Positions 38,513-48,388 of a stretch of DNA of 48,442 bases are shown here, piece by piece (position 1 is the first letter of the stretch; every line of letters begins with the position of its first letter). The DNA lies in the NCBI GenBank assembly GCA_903929815.1, contig CAIYWD010000260.1, forward strand, positions 1-48,442. The letters are read 5' to 3'. This stretch comes from an uncultured beta proteobacterium (GTDB taxonomy: Bacteria; Pseudomonadota; Gammaproteobacteria; Burkholderiales; Burkholderiaceae_C). Position numbers and translations under genes: made by a program. Below the pieces are notes generated by a model that worked only from the letters and a program-made list of their open reading frames with translations, was not told the DNA's origin and did no database searches.

Positions 38513-39142
38513 TCAATGCAAATGACGCGGTTTGCGCCCATTGCCATGCACCGATGCGCTGGGGCCGCCCCGAGGTGGCCGTCCAAGTTGCAAGGAATTA
38601 ACCAGGTTATCAAAGCGCTGACGAAACAGTTGATCAATTTCAGCCACCACGCCACCTAGATCCGTCACATCAAAGTGAATTTCCATCAGGCTAATGACAT
38701 CTTGCACCAGTAAATTGCGCTGAACTTGCATGATGGCCGCAGGATCAGGGCCGACAAACAGCATGAAAAAATCATCACAGGAATCAACATCCTGATCAGT
38801 CTCTTCATCGTCATCATCAAATCGTGTGTCATAAAACGTCACCTCAATGGCTGCACCTTCGCTGACTAAATCATTGAGATTCATACACATTTCATCTAAT
38901 ATCTGACGAAAGTCATCATCACCCTCAACAGTCCAGCACATCCGCAAAAAATGCTCTGCGTCATCAAAGAAAATGCCAGGTTCGTCTTCGTAAAAACTGT
39001 CAGAAGCATCCGCCAACGAGCGCGCCCCCGCGTATTTCCATAATGGCTTGAGAGCATCTTGAAGCTGTGTAAAGCCGACCTCAAGTCGCAAGCTGATTTG
39101 ACCATGAACATGAATTTCAAAAGGAGCGTTGTAATGTGCCAT
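38513..39142 (-). CDS. Conserved hypothetical acidic protein
   Basis: 209-aa ORF with natural composition, co-oriented with the HD-GYP gene; no function recognised. Confidence 0.75.
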   Translation of the reverse strand: MAHYNAPFEIHVHGQISLRLEVGFTQLQDALKPLWKYAGARSLADASDSFYEDEPGIFFDDAEHFLRMCWTVEGDDDFRQILDEMCMNLNDLVSEGAAIEVTFYDTRFDDDDEETDQDVDSCDDFFMLFVGPDPAAIMQVQRNLLVQDVISLMEIHFDVTDLGGVVAEIDQLFRQRFDNLVNSLQLGRPPRGGPSASVHGNGRKPRHLH

Positions 39143-39270
39143 GGCTTAAGTGTACGTGTACGAGACAAAAAAACGATCATACGAGACTCAAAAATTCAGA
39201 TTATTGATTGGAAACTGGCTATGAAAACGATCACTGTACACCTGTCTGGGGTGTTGCTCCTGCCTTGCTG

Positions 39271-39465
39271 GGGTGCGTTTCAAAGTGATGTGGTGCAATA
39301 CAAAAACCAAATCCCCCCTAACCCCCCTTTTTCAAAGGGGGGGACAAATACAGCGCTGTGCCCAAATAGGCTAACTGTTCTCATTCCCCCCTTTGAAAAA
39401 AGGGGGGGTTAGGGGGGATTTGGATGTCGCACCCAAGCAAAGCCACATCACTTTGAAACGCACCC
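39271..39465. mobile_element. MITE family D, 195 bp, 9-bp TSD
   Basis: Perfect 23-bp TIR GGGTGCGTTTCAAAGTGATGTGG; GCCTTGCTG at 39262-39270 and 39466-39474; inner inverted pair of CCCCCCTTT..AAAGGGGGG hairpins (39307-39423). Confidence 0.95.
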
Positions 39466-39520
39466 GCCTTGCTGAATTCCTAACTGAAGTGCATCCGTTT
39501 GACGGACAATCACCAGCCTT

Positions 39521-40876
39521 ATGCAAAGCTTAAATACTTCTCCATGCCCCCTTGCGGATGCCAACAGTTCCCTAGATGACTGGTTGGTCTATGCAGAGCA
39601 CCTGCACCCGGTCAGCATCGATTTGGGGTTAGATCGCGTCAAGACCGTTGCAAATCGCCTGTCGCTGCACCTGACTTGTCCTGTTATCACGGTGGCCGGC
39701 ACGAATGGCAAAGGTTCAACCTGCGCCATGCTTGATAGCATTTTGCGACAGGCAGGCTACAAGGTCGGGGTTTATACCTCGCCACATCTGGTGCATTTTG
39801 AAGATCGTTTACGTATAGCCGATCAGCCCGTAAGCACTACTGAATTGGTAGCTGCTTTCGTAATGGTAGAGCGCTCCAGAGGCCAAAATGATGCTGAAGT
39901 TTCGCTCACCTTTTTTGAGTTCACCACGCTGGCTATTTTGCTGGTGATGGCGCAATCTGACCTAGACGTTGCCATTTTGGAAGTAGGCCTAGGGGGCAGA
40001 CTTGACGCCGTCAATATTATCGATGCCGACTGTGTGGTTATCACCAGCATTGATATGGATCATGTGGCATTCCTGGGAACGACGCGTGAGGCCATTGGCC
40101 ATGAAAAAGCCGGCATCATGCGCACCGGTCGGCCTGCGGTCATCAGCGACCCACTGCCCCCGCAAAGTGTGCTTGATCATGCCAAAGAAGTAGGTGCTGA
40201 CGTTTGGCGCGTTGGGGTTGATTTCAATGTGACAGGCGACCAACAACAGTGGGCATGGGCAGGGCGTGGTCGGCGTTATGGGGGACTGGCGTTTCCTGCC
40301 TTGCGAGGGGGTAATCAGTTGGTTAATGCCGCAGGGGTTTTGGCAGCACTCACCGCATTAAGGGATGTATTGCCCGTTTCTGCGCAAGCGGTGCGAACGG
40401 GGCTGGCGTTTGTTCAACTGCCCGGGCGCTTTCAAGTGGTGCCGGGGCAGCCGGTGCTGGTGCTTGATGTGGCACATAACCCCCACGCTGTGGCCACGCT
40501 TGCCGTTAATCTGGATGCTATGGGGTTTTTCCCTGTGACCCATGCCATTTTTGGTGTGATGGCCGACAAAGACATGAGTCAGATGCTGGTACGCATGAAT
40601 CCTCTGATCGATCGTTGGTATTTCACTGATTTGCCCACCGAAAGGGCTGCCTTGGCTTCTGATGTCATGTCATGTTGGCAAATCATCAACACCCCTCAAG
40701 ACGTTCATCACGCTCAGGCTGCGTGCTTTCAATCGCCAGAACAAGCCTTGAAAGCTGTTCTAGAAGCGGCAAACCCCACTGATAGAATTCTTGTCTTTGG
40801 TTCGTTCTATGCGGTAGGCGACATTTTGAAAAAAGGCGTACCGCAGCTCCAGGCACAACACCTGCCAAAATCCTGA
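39521..40876 (+). CDS. folC: Bifunctional folylpolyglutamate/dihydrofolate synthase
   Basis: VAGTNGKGST, YTSPHL, LEVGLGGRLDAVN, LDVAHNP, VFGSF. Confidence 0.97.
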   Translation: MQSLNTSPCPLADANSSLDDWLVYAEHLHPVSIDLGLDRVKTVANRLSLHLTCPVITVAGTNGKGSTCAMLDSILRQAGYKVGVYTSPHLVHFEDRLRIADQPVSTTELVAAFVMVERSRGQNDAEVSLTFFEFTTLAILLVMAQSDLDVAILEVGLGGRLDAVNIIDADCVVITSIDMDHVAFLGTTREAIGHEKAGIMRTGRPAVISDPLPPQSVLDHAKEVGADVWRVGVDFNVTGDQQQWAWAGRGRRYGGLAFPALRGGNQLVNAAGVLAALTALRDVLPVSAQAVRTGLAFVQLPGRFQVVPGQPVLVLDVAHNPHAVATLAVNLDAMGFFPVTHAIFGVMADKDMSQMLVRMNPLIDRWYFTDLPTERAALASDVMSCWQIINTPQDVHHAQAACFQSPEQALKAVLEAANPTDRILVFGSFYAVGDILKKGVPQLQAQHLPKS

Positions 40877-40895
40877 TCATCGTCAGACAAACCCT

Positions 40896-41660
40896 ATGGC
40901 TTTTTTCCAGTTTCGTGACACGGGCGACGTTGCTGATACACCTCCTCCCTTGAGCGTTGAGCTTCTTCGTCAGCGCGCCAAATATCGCCTGATTGGGGCA
41001 ACAGTCCTGGTGTTGATTGGCGTGCTGGGGCTGCCTATTCTGTTCGACCGGCAGCCGCGCCCTATTTCTGTGGATACACCAATTGAAATTCCAGACAAGA
41101 ACAAAGTGTTGCCTTTGACTTTTCCTGCGCCTGTCATACCTGTTGCTCCTCTGGCACCGGTTTCTTCGGTTGCTGCATCTGCATCTGCTCCTGATCCTGC
41201 GTCTGATCCTGAACCAGTACCGATCGAGTACTCTGACCCATCAAAAACAGAAGAAATTCTTGAAGGAAAATGGCCTGTAACGCCCGCTGCGTCTGCATTA
41301 GTCGCTCATCAAACTATAGCAAAGCGTGCAACACCCTCTCTAAGTATCCCTGCCATTGTCAAACCCAATGACGCAGCCAAAGTGCAGGCCCTGCTTAATG
41401 GCCAGACACCTGATGTGAGTGTTGTCCCCGTCAGTCGTTTTGTGGTGCAGGTTGGTTCATTTGAAGATGCTGCTCTGGCCCATAAAGTGCGTTTGAAGGT
41501 TGAACAATCTGGCCTGAAAACTTACATTCATGTGGCTGAAACCAAAGACGGCCAACGCACTCGAGTTCGTGTGGGGCCATTTAAGGTCAAGACTGAGGCT
41601 GAAGACGTGGTAAACAAAATCAGAAATCTGAATTTGCATGCCGTCTTGTTAACTTTATGA
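40896..41660 (+). CDS. dedD: SPOR-domain cell division protein (DedD-like)
   Basis: RLIGA + TM helix, Pro/Ala linker, VVQVGSF...RVRVGPF; between folC and cvpA. Confidence 0.85.
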   Translation: MAFFQFRDTGDVADTPPPLSVELLRQRAKYRLIGATVLVLIGVLGLPILFDRQPRPISVDTPIEIPDKNKVLPLTFPAPVIPVAPLAPVSSVAASASAPDPASDPEPVPIEYSDPSKTEEILEGKWPVTPAASALVAHQTIAKRATPSLSIPAIVKPNDAAKVQALLNGQTPDVSVVPVSRFVVQVGSFEDAALAHKVRLKVEQSGLKTYIHVAETKDGQRTRVRVGPFKVKTEAEDVVNKIRNLNLHAVLLTL

Positions 41661-41670
41661 CGTAGCGCTG

Positions 41671-42165
41671 ATGTCTGCTGTGGATTGGATTTTTCTGGTC
41701 ATTTTGTTGGTATCCTTGTTGTTGGGTGCGTGGCGCGGTTTTGTGTATGAAGTGCTGATGTTGGCGGCATGGGCTGCTGCTTTTATGGTGGCACAGGGGT
41801 TGTCACCTGCTGTCGCTCAGCGTCTTCCCATGCAGGGAGCGAGTGACGTGATGCGCTACGCCCCCAGTTTTGCACTGGTTTTCATTGTCACCGTCATGAT
41901 CGGTGGCTTGATGGCCACCTTGTTTAAAAAAATGATGGTCAAGGTGGGTTTACGACCGATCGATCGGATGCTGGGTGCTGCTTTCGGTTGGCTCAGGGGC
42001 GTTTTTGTGCTGTTGCTGACCACCATCCTGGTGGCCATGACCCCTTTCAAATCTTCTCCTGCCTGGCAAGAGTCCATGGGCGTAGGTCTGTCCTTGAAGG
42101 CCATCAAAGCTTTAAAGCCTGCCCTGCCGCGTGAGATGGGCAAGTATTTGCCGACCTTTATCTGA
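41671..42165 (+). CDS. cvpA: CvpA family membrane protein
   Basis: DWI..GAWRGFVYEV, DRMLGAAFGWLRG; upstream of purF. Confidence 0.93.
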   Translation: MSAVDWIFLVILLVSLLLGAWRGFVYEVLMLAAWAAAFMVAQGLSPAVAQRLPMQGASDVMRYAPSFALVFIVTVMIGGLMATLFKKMMVKVGLRPIDRMLGAAFGWLRGVFVLLLTTILVAMTPFKSSPAWQESMGVGLSLKAIKALKPALPREMGKYLPTFI

Positions 42166-42180
42166 ACCGATTGGAAAACC

Positions 42181-43680
42181 ATGTGTGGAATTGTGGGAGT
42201 TGTCAGCAATGAGTCAGTCAATCAGCTTATTTACGATGCCCTGCTGCTGCTTCAGCACCGCGGGCAAGACGCTGCAGGTATCGTGACGCAGCAAAATTGC
42301 AAGTTTTTCATGCACAAGGCCAAGGGCATGGTGCGTGACGTGTTTCGCACCCGAAACATGCGATCGCTGCCCGGACATTGTGGGTTGGGTCAGGTGCGTT
42401 ACCCGACGGCGGGCAACGCCTTTAGCGACGCAGAAGCCCAGCCTTTTTATGTCAACGCTCCTTTTGGCATTGTTCTGGTGCATAACGGCAATTTGACCAA
42501 TGCGCATGCTCTTAAAACTCAACTGTCCGACACCTATCACCGTCATGTCAACACCGAGAGCGATTCTGAAGTGTTGCTCAACGTGCTCGCGCACGAGATT
42601 GAAGTCACTACGCGCGGCATCACTCTTAGCCCCTGCGACATATTTGAGGCCGTGCGCCAGGTTCACAAGCGCGTGCGCGGATCGTATGCAGCGATTGTTT
42701 TGATTGCCGGACATGGTGTGCTGGCTTTTCGTGACCCCTTTGGTATTCGCCCCTTGTGCTTTGGGCACAACGACAACACTTGGATGGTGGCCAGTGAATC
42801 GGTGGCACTTGAAGGCACTTCGCACCAGTTTGATCGCGACATTGCTCCGGGTGAGGCTGTGTTCATTGATTTAAATGGCCGTATTCATACGCAGCAGTGT
42901 GCCGACAATGCCGTGCTTAGTCCCTGCATTTTTGAATACGTGTATCTGGCACGACCTGATTCTGTGATGGATGGCATCTCGGTCTATCAGGCACGCCTGA
43001 ATTTGGGCGAAGCACTGGCCAAGCGGGTGATTTCCACTGTTCCGCCTCATGACATTGATGTAGTGGTTCCCATCCCCGAGACCAGCCGTCCCAGCGCTGC
43101 ACAATTGGCGCAATTGCTGGGGCTGCCCTACCGTGAAGGTTTTGTCAAAAACCGATATGTAGGGCGCACCTTCATCATGCCAGGGCAGTCGGTTCGCAAA
43201 AGGTCCGTTCGTCAAAAGCTCAATGCCATTGCCAGTGAATTCAATGGCCGCAATGTGTTGTTGGTCGACGACTCCATTGTGCGTGGCACGACCAGCCGTG
43301 AAATTGTGCAAATGGCACGTGACGCAGGTGCTCGCAAAGTTTATATGGCCAGTTCGGCACCGCCGGTTCTCTTTCCCAATGTTTATGGCATTGATGTGCC
43401 GACGCAACAAGAGTTGGTAGCACACAATCGCACAGTAGAACAAGTACAAGCCATCATTGGCTGCGATGCATTGATTTATCAGGATGTGGATGGCATGAAA
43501 AAAGCCATTGGCTCTTTGAACCCTGCCATCCAGAATTTTGATGCATCCTGCTTTGACGGGATTTACGTGACAGGTGATATCACCCTTGAAGACGTTGTTC
43601 GCCTGAACACACACCGCGTGCGTGCCAACGACAATTCTGACGACACATCTCGCCTGGCCCTACCCAACACTGAAGACTGA
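42181..43680 (+). CDS. purF: Amidophosphoribosyltransferase
   Basis: MCGIVG, LQHRGQDAAG, VRYPTAG, LVDDSIVRGTT. Confidence 0.98.
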   Translation: MCGIVGVVSNESVNQLIYDALLLLQHRGQDAAGIVTQQNCKFFMHKAKGMVRDVFRTRNMRSLPGHCGLGQVRYPTAGNAFSDAEAQPFYVNAPFGIVLVHNGNLTNAHALKTQLSDTYHRHVNTESDSEVLLNVLAHEIEVTTRGITLSPCDIFEAVRQVHKRVRGSYAAIVLIAGHGVLAFRDPFGIRPLCFGHNDNTWMVASESVALEGTSHQFDRDIAPGEAVFIDLNGRIHTQQCADNAVLSPCIFEYVYLARPDSVMDGISVYQARLNLGEALAKRVISTVPPHDIDVVVPIPETSRPSAAQLAQLLGLPYREGFVKNRYVGRTFIMPGQSVRKRSVRQKLNAIASEFNGRNVLLVDDSIVRGTTSREIVQMARDAGARKVYMASSAPPVLFPNVYGIDVPTQQELVAHNRTVEQVQAIIGCDALIYQDVDGMKKAIGSLNPAIQNFDASCFDGIYVTGDITLEDVVRLNTHRVRANDNSDDTSRLALPNTED

Positions 43681-43691
43681 AGACTGACACC

Positions 43692-44915
43692 ATGACCACT
43701 CAAAAATTACCGGACCACCTGCACCAGGACACACTAGCCGTTCGTACAGGCATTGAACGCAGCCAGTATGGCGAAAACTCCGAAGCCCTGTATTTGACCA
43801 GCAGCTTCATCCAACCCGATGCCGAAACCGCCCGCAAGCGTTTTGCCAATGAGGAAGATGGTTACACCTACACCCGCATGGGCAACCCCACCGTCACCGG
43901 CATGGAGCAGCGCTTGGCAGCACTTGAAGGTACTGATGCCGCCATTGCCACCTCAAGCGGTATGGCGGCCATTTTTCTTTTGGGCATGGGGACATTAAAA
44001 ACTGGCGATCATGTCGTGTGCTCGCAATCCGTATTTGGTTCCACCTTGCGATTGTTTGCAGGGGAATTTGGCAAGTTTGGGGTGAGTACTACCTTTGTGT
44101 CACAAACTGACATTGCCCAGTGGAAAGCAGCCATTCAACCCAACACCAAACTGTTGTTTGCAGAAACGCCCACCAACCCCTTGACCGATATTTGTGACAT
44201 TGCCGCTTTGGCCTCTGTAGCGCACGAAAGCGGTGTGCTGCTGGCCGTTGATAACTGTTTTTGCACCCCTGTACTGCAACGCCCCGTGGCATTGGGGGCT
44301 GACTTTGTGATTCATTCCGGAACCAAATTTCTAGACGGGCAGGGTCGTGTCATGGCGGGGGCGATCTGCTGTTCACATCAGTATGCCAATGAGACGTTCG
44401 GATCTGTCCACCGCACTGTGGGCATGGTGCTGTCGCCTTTTAATGCGTGGGTAGTGACCAAGGGTATGGAAACACTGTCTATACGCATGAAAGCACAGTC
44501 TGACAATGCACTGGCCCTAGCCACCTGGCTACAAACCTGCCCTGAGGTTGCCAGGGTGTATTACCCAGGATTAGCATCTCACCCTCAACACGATTTGGCC
44601 ATGCGCCAGCAAAGCGGTCTTGGGGGCGCTGTGGTGTCGTTTGATGTGCCATCCACAGACGCAGCGCAAGCGCGCCGGCGCGCTTTTCATGTGATTGACA
44701 GAACGCAAGTGTGTTCCATTACCTCCAATTTAGGCGACACCAAAACCACCATCACCCACCCATCCACCACATCCCATGGCCGCCTGACCGAAGACCAGCG
44801 ACAGGCTGCTGGCATCGGTCAGGGGCTTATTCGCATGGCTGTCGGCCTGGAAAATATTGAAGACATCAAGACTGATTTGATGCGTGGCCTTCACAACGTG
44901 GGTGCATTGCAATGA
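43692..44915 (+). CDS. metZ: O-succinylhomoserine sulfhydrylase
   Basis: [42 protein letters not shown]; follows purF. Confidence 0.9.
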   Translation: MTTQKLPDHLHQDTLAVRTGIERSQYGENSEALYLTSSFIQPDAETARKRFANEEDGYTYTRMGNPTVTGMEQRLAALEGTDAAIATSSGMAAIFLLGMGTLKTGDHVVCSQSVFGSTLRLFAGEFGKFGVSTTFVSQTDIAQWKAAIQPNTKLLFAETPTNPLTDICDIAALASVAHESGVLLAVDNCFCTPVLQRPVALGADFVIHSGTKFLDGQGRVMAGAICCSHQYANETFGSVHRTVGMVLSPFNAWVVTKGMETLSIRMKAQSDNALALATWLQTCPEVARVYYPGLASHPQHDLAMRQQSGLGGAVVSFDVPSTDAAQARRRAFHVIDRTQVCSITSNLGDTKTTITHPSTTSHGRLTEDQRQAAGIGQGLIRMAVGLENIEDIKTDLMRGLHNVGALQ

Positions 44916-46353
44916 CTCTTAAAACCCGTACCCGTTTTGCACCATCGCCCACAGGGTTTATTCACCTGGGCAACATTCGATCAGCCCTGTACCCATGGGC
45001 GTTTGCACGCTCTACTGGCGGCGACTTTATTTTGCGCATTGAAGACACCGACCTTGAACGTTCAACGCAAGCGGCTGTGGACGTGATTCTGGACAGCATG
45101 AACTGGCTGGGTTTGGACTACGATGAAGGCCCGTTTTATCAGATGCAGCGTATGGATCGCTACAAGGAAGTCCTCGCTGGACTGATGGCTGCCGGCCATG
45201 TTTACCCTTGTTACATGAGTCTGGTAGAACTGGATGCCCTGCGGGACAGACAAAACATTGCAAAAGAAAAACCAAAGTATGACGGCACTTGGCGGCCTGC
45301 ACCTGGCAAGATTTTGCCCCCTGTTCCAGAGGGCATTCAACCCGTGTTGCGCTTTAAAAACCCGCAAAATGGCAGCGTGGTGTGGGAAGACAAGGTCAAA
45401 GGCCGCATTGAAGTGAACAATGATGAACTTGATGATTTGGTCATTGCCCGCTCGGATGGCACTCCCACCTACAACTTTTGTGTAGTGGTCGATGATATGG
45501 ATATGGGGATGACTCACGTCATCCGTGGCGATGACCATCTGAATAACACACCGCGCCAAATCAACATTTTCAAAGCCTTGGGACATGAGCCACCCGTCTA
45601 TGCCCACTTGCCCACCGTACTCAACGAACGGGGTGAAAAAATGAGCAAGCGCAACGGCGCCAAGCCTGTCACTCAATACCGTGACGAAGGTTATCTGCCG
45701 GATGCTTTGGTCAATTACCTAGCCAGACTGGGCTTTAGTCACGGCGACGACGAAATTTTCAGCCGTTCGCAGTTGTTGCAGTGGTTCAATCTGGATCACC
45801 TAGGCAAAAGTGCTGCACAATTTAATGAGGCCAAACTTCGCTGGGTTAATGCCCAGCACATCAAAATGACATCGGTAGATGTACTGATGCCGCTCGTTCA
45901 ATCGCAATTGCAAAAGCGCGACCTGCCCATTGATGATCGACTGCCCCGCCTCTGTGCTTTGTTTAAAGACCGTTGTGACACCATAGTGGCGATCGCAGAT
46001 TGGGCAGCTTTGTTTTATGCAGATGTGACCCCCAACCCCGATGAACTTGCCCTGCATGTGACGGATGCCATAAAACCGGCACTGGCCATGTTGGCACAAA
46101 AACTATCGGCATGTGTTTGGGACAAACCTTCCATTGCTGCTGCCATCAAAGAGGTGCTAACCGCGTGTAACCTGAAAATGCCACAACTGGCCATGCCTGT
46201 GCGCTTGCTGGTGATGGGAACGGCACACACCCCTTCGCTGGATGCTGTGCTGGAATTATTCGACCGTGAAAATGTTCTCTTTCGATTGAAAGGCGCATCA
46301 GTTTCATCATACAATTCCCATCTTGAAGATGACTTGCGGTGTCGTGTAGTCGA

Positions 46354-46363
<10 letters not shown>
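44912..46363 (+). CDS. gltX: Glutamate--tRNA ligase
   Basis: [14 protein letters not shown] (HIGH), LRIEDTD, IRGDDH, KMSKR; C-terminus runs into tRNA-Ala. Confidence 0.97.
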
Positions 46364-46429
<66 letters not shown>

Positions 46430-46470
46430 AGGTTTTCAAGTGTTAATTTTGACGCAAGTTCAAAGGTTTT

Positions 46471-46546
46471 GACCCCATCGTCTAGAGGCCTAGGACATCA
46501 CCCTTTCACGGTGAGTACCGGGGTTCGAATCCCCGTGGGGTCGCCA
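46471..46546 (+). tRNA. tRNA-Glu(TTC)
   Basis: GACCCCA/TGGGGTC acceptor, TCACC-CT-TTC-AC-GGTGA, GTTCGAAT, CCA. Confidence 0.97.
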
Positions 46547-46627
46547 GGTTATCGTAAGCACTGATGCAAGATAATATGACGAAGAGATTATCCTGCCATA
46601 GAATGAATATGGCAGGATTAACTATCA

Positions 46628-46704
46628 GGAGTGGTAGTTCAGTTGGTTAGAATACCGGCCTGTCACGCCGGGGGTCACGGGTTCGAGCCCCGTCCGCTCC
46701 GCCA
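46628..46704 (+). tRNA. tRNA-Asp(GTC)
   Basis: GGAGTGG/CCGCTCC acceptor, CCGGC-CT-GTC-AC-GCCGG, GTTCGAG, CCA. Confidence 0.97.
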
Positions 46705-46730
46705 AAAACTTAGTAAAATCAGTAAGTTAC

Positions 46731-46763
46731 AAAAGCCCGATTAAAACAGTCGGGCTTTTTTTT
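46731..46763 (+). terminator. Rho-independent terminator after the tRNA operon
   Basis: AAAAGCCCGA...TCGGGCTTTTTTTT stem-loop with U tract. Confidence 0.85.
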
Positions 46764-46983
46764 GGCTATTTTGAGATCGGCTCTGCCCCCAAATTGCCCC
46801 AACCTTAAATCAGTGGGAAGATGTTAGCTAAGGGGTGAAATTCGTAAGTGGTTTGCATGTATTACTCCAGTGTTGAAGTAATATGCGGGGTCGGAAATTT
46901 TTAGGAAAAGATACTACACGGCGGTTTTCTACTGGTAAACCCTGTGTTTTACCATGAAATTGCTTACTTTTTAATCGAAATAG

Positions 46984-47019
46984 TAGGGCGAATAGGGTAA
47001 ATAGGGTAAATAGGGTAGA
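46984..47019 (+). repeat. Four tandem 9-bp repeats (TAGGGTAAA consensus)
   Basis: TAGGGCGAA TAGGGTAAA TAGGGTAAA TAGGGTAGA; two inverted CCCTAC copies at ~47078-47092. Confidence 0.85.
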
Positions 47020-47136
47020 GCCTCCTCGCCATGTGTAAAAAATTTTTTCTGAAATCGGGGTAACAGTACCCGATTCACCCTACTGTCCCTACAAGCGGTC
47101 TGTGTACTCTAGCAAATTGGAGTTACAATAAGCCCG

Positions 47137-47415
47137 ATGAAGTTAACTTATGACAACGCTAAAAATATGCGCACTGTCGCTGATCGATGTCTAAGTTTTG
47201 AGAGAGCTTCTGATTTTGATTTTAAAACTGCGCGTATATGGCAAGACACGCGCAAGATTTATCCTGAAGATCGTTTCTTGGCACTTGGGTATTTAGACAA
47301 CAGACTGCATGTGCTGTGTTTTACCCCGGTCAACAATGGCATTCGGGTTATCAGCTTTCGCAAGGCTAACCAACGTGAAGGAGGAAAACATGGATTCGCG
47401 CTTACCCGTGATTGA
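47137..47415 (+). CDS. brnT: BrnT family toxin
   Basis: YDNAKN, DTRKIYPEDRFLALG, IRVISFRKANQRE. Confidence 0.88.
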   Translation: MKLTYDNAKNMRTVADRCLSFERASDFDFKTARIWQDTRKIYPEDRFLALGYLDNRLHVLCFTPVNNGIRVISFRKANQREGGKHGFALTRD

Positions 47416-47671
47416 TGATGATGGCGAAGTTGGTGATTTGTCAGAAGTGGACAGTTCACTATTTAAGCCTGCTGCTGATGTGTTGCCGCCGCACTTGCTT
47501 AAGATTATGGGAATCAAGCCACGTGGCAAACAAAAAGCTCAAATTAAACAGGCGGTAACAGTGCGATTCAGTCAAGATGTGCTTGAAGCTTTTCGATCCA
47601 CAGGTGCAGGATGGCAACCGCGCATGAATGATGCTCTACGCGATTGGTTGCGTACACATTCACCTGTGTAG
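47390..47671 (+). CDS. brnA: BrnA family antitoxin
   Basis: RGKQKAQIKQAVTVRFSQDVLEAFRSTGAGWQPRMNDAL; GGAGG RBS upstream of ATG 47390. Confidence 0.9.
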   Translation: MDSRLPVIDDDGEVGDLSEVDSSLFKPAADVLPPHLLKIMGIKPRGKQKAQIKQAVTVRFSQDVLEAFRSTGAGWQPRMNDALRDWLRTHSPV

Positions 47672-47688
47672 TGAGTGAAGGATATGAA

Positions 47689-47886
47689 TCAAAACATCGT
47701 CTGTTGATCAGCAACTTTCGATTGTTTCACATCATCTGTCAGCGATTTGAAGCTGATCATTTTGCAAGCTGGTAACTGTGCATCAGCAATTTTTTGGATA
47801 GCTGCCAGTTTCTCGTCTGTGATCGCTTCATCGTCACGCTCATAAGTCATTTTTTTAGTAGTAGTGTCGGTATTTTTCATGTGCAA
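47689..47886 (-). CDS. Small hypothetical protein or gene fragment
   Basis: 65-aa hydrophilic ORF; no family recognised. Confidence 0.35.
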   Translation of the reverse strand: MHMKNTDTTTKKMTYERDDEAITDEKLAAIQKIADAQLPACKMISFKSLTDDVKQSKVADQQTMF

Positions 47887-47934
47887 ATTTTTACATATTC
47901 ACTACGTCTCTGCAACTTGATCATGTGATCGTAG

Positions 47935-47951
47935 GTAACCGTTTAGACCCC
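47935..47951. mobile_element. Solo MITE-C terminal repeat
   Basis: GTAACCGTTTAGACCCC, identical to the start of 34879. Confidence 0.8.
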
Positions 47952-47964
47952 TGGCCCAAATGTT

Positions 47965-47990
47965 GTCATTCCCGCGAAGGCGGGAATCCA
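47965..47990. repeat. REP/dRS3-like palindrome
   Basis: GTCATTCCCGCGAAGGCGGGAATCCA fits ATTCCC-N8-GGGAAT. Confidence 0.75.
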
Positions 47991-48020
47991 GTGTATTGTG
48001 GTCTTCATGGATACAAAAAG

Positions 48021-48327
48021 TCGGAATGGTCCAACGTGTTTGTCGATGCCAAGATGACCACGGCGTTGTTAGGTATGCACCACTTATTGTTGCTCCAAAA
48101 AATCATGGCTAATTGTCAAAAAATCAGTCAGTTACGATGTGTTATTGGAGTAATAATAAGTGGGACATCCCTTAGATCGGCTCACACATCATTGCCACAT
48201 CGTGGAGACAGGCAACGAGTCGTATCGGTTTGCACAAAGTTCAATGGCGGCCAAGTCACGCATCAAGGGGCGCGAACAATTGCGTAAGGATAGCGCCAAG
48301 GCAGCACCGATGCCCGAGCCGATCTGA
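48021..48327 (+). pseudogene. istB: IS21-family IstB ATPase C-terminal remnant, interrupted by MITE-A
   Basis: Removing 48072-48174 gives [36 protein letters not shown]..., the IstB C-terminal signature. Confidence 0.9.
48072..48171. mobile_element. MITE family A, second copy, TTA duplication
   Basis: Differs from 6106-6205 at two positions that I can see (AATTATAG vs AATCATGG); TTA at 48069-48071 and 48172-48174. Confidence 0.95.
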
Positions 48328-48333
48328 AGCGGG

Positions 48334-48388
48334 GCGTGAGGGGGAAACCCGCTACGGGCTTCGCCCTTCGCGTCTTTCCCCCTCACGC
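48334..48388. other. Long stem-loop downstream of istB
   Basis: GCGTGAGGGGGAAA...TTTCCCCCTCACGC with an inner GGGC-TTC-GCCC hairpin. Confidence 0.65.

Noticed and set aside
46984-47019. CRISPR array
   Set aside because: 9-bp contiguous repeats without spacers; no repeat-spacer array or cas gene is visible anywhere in the window.
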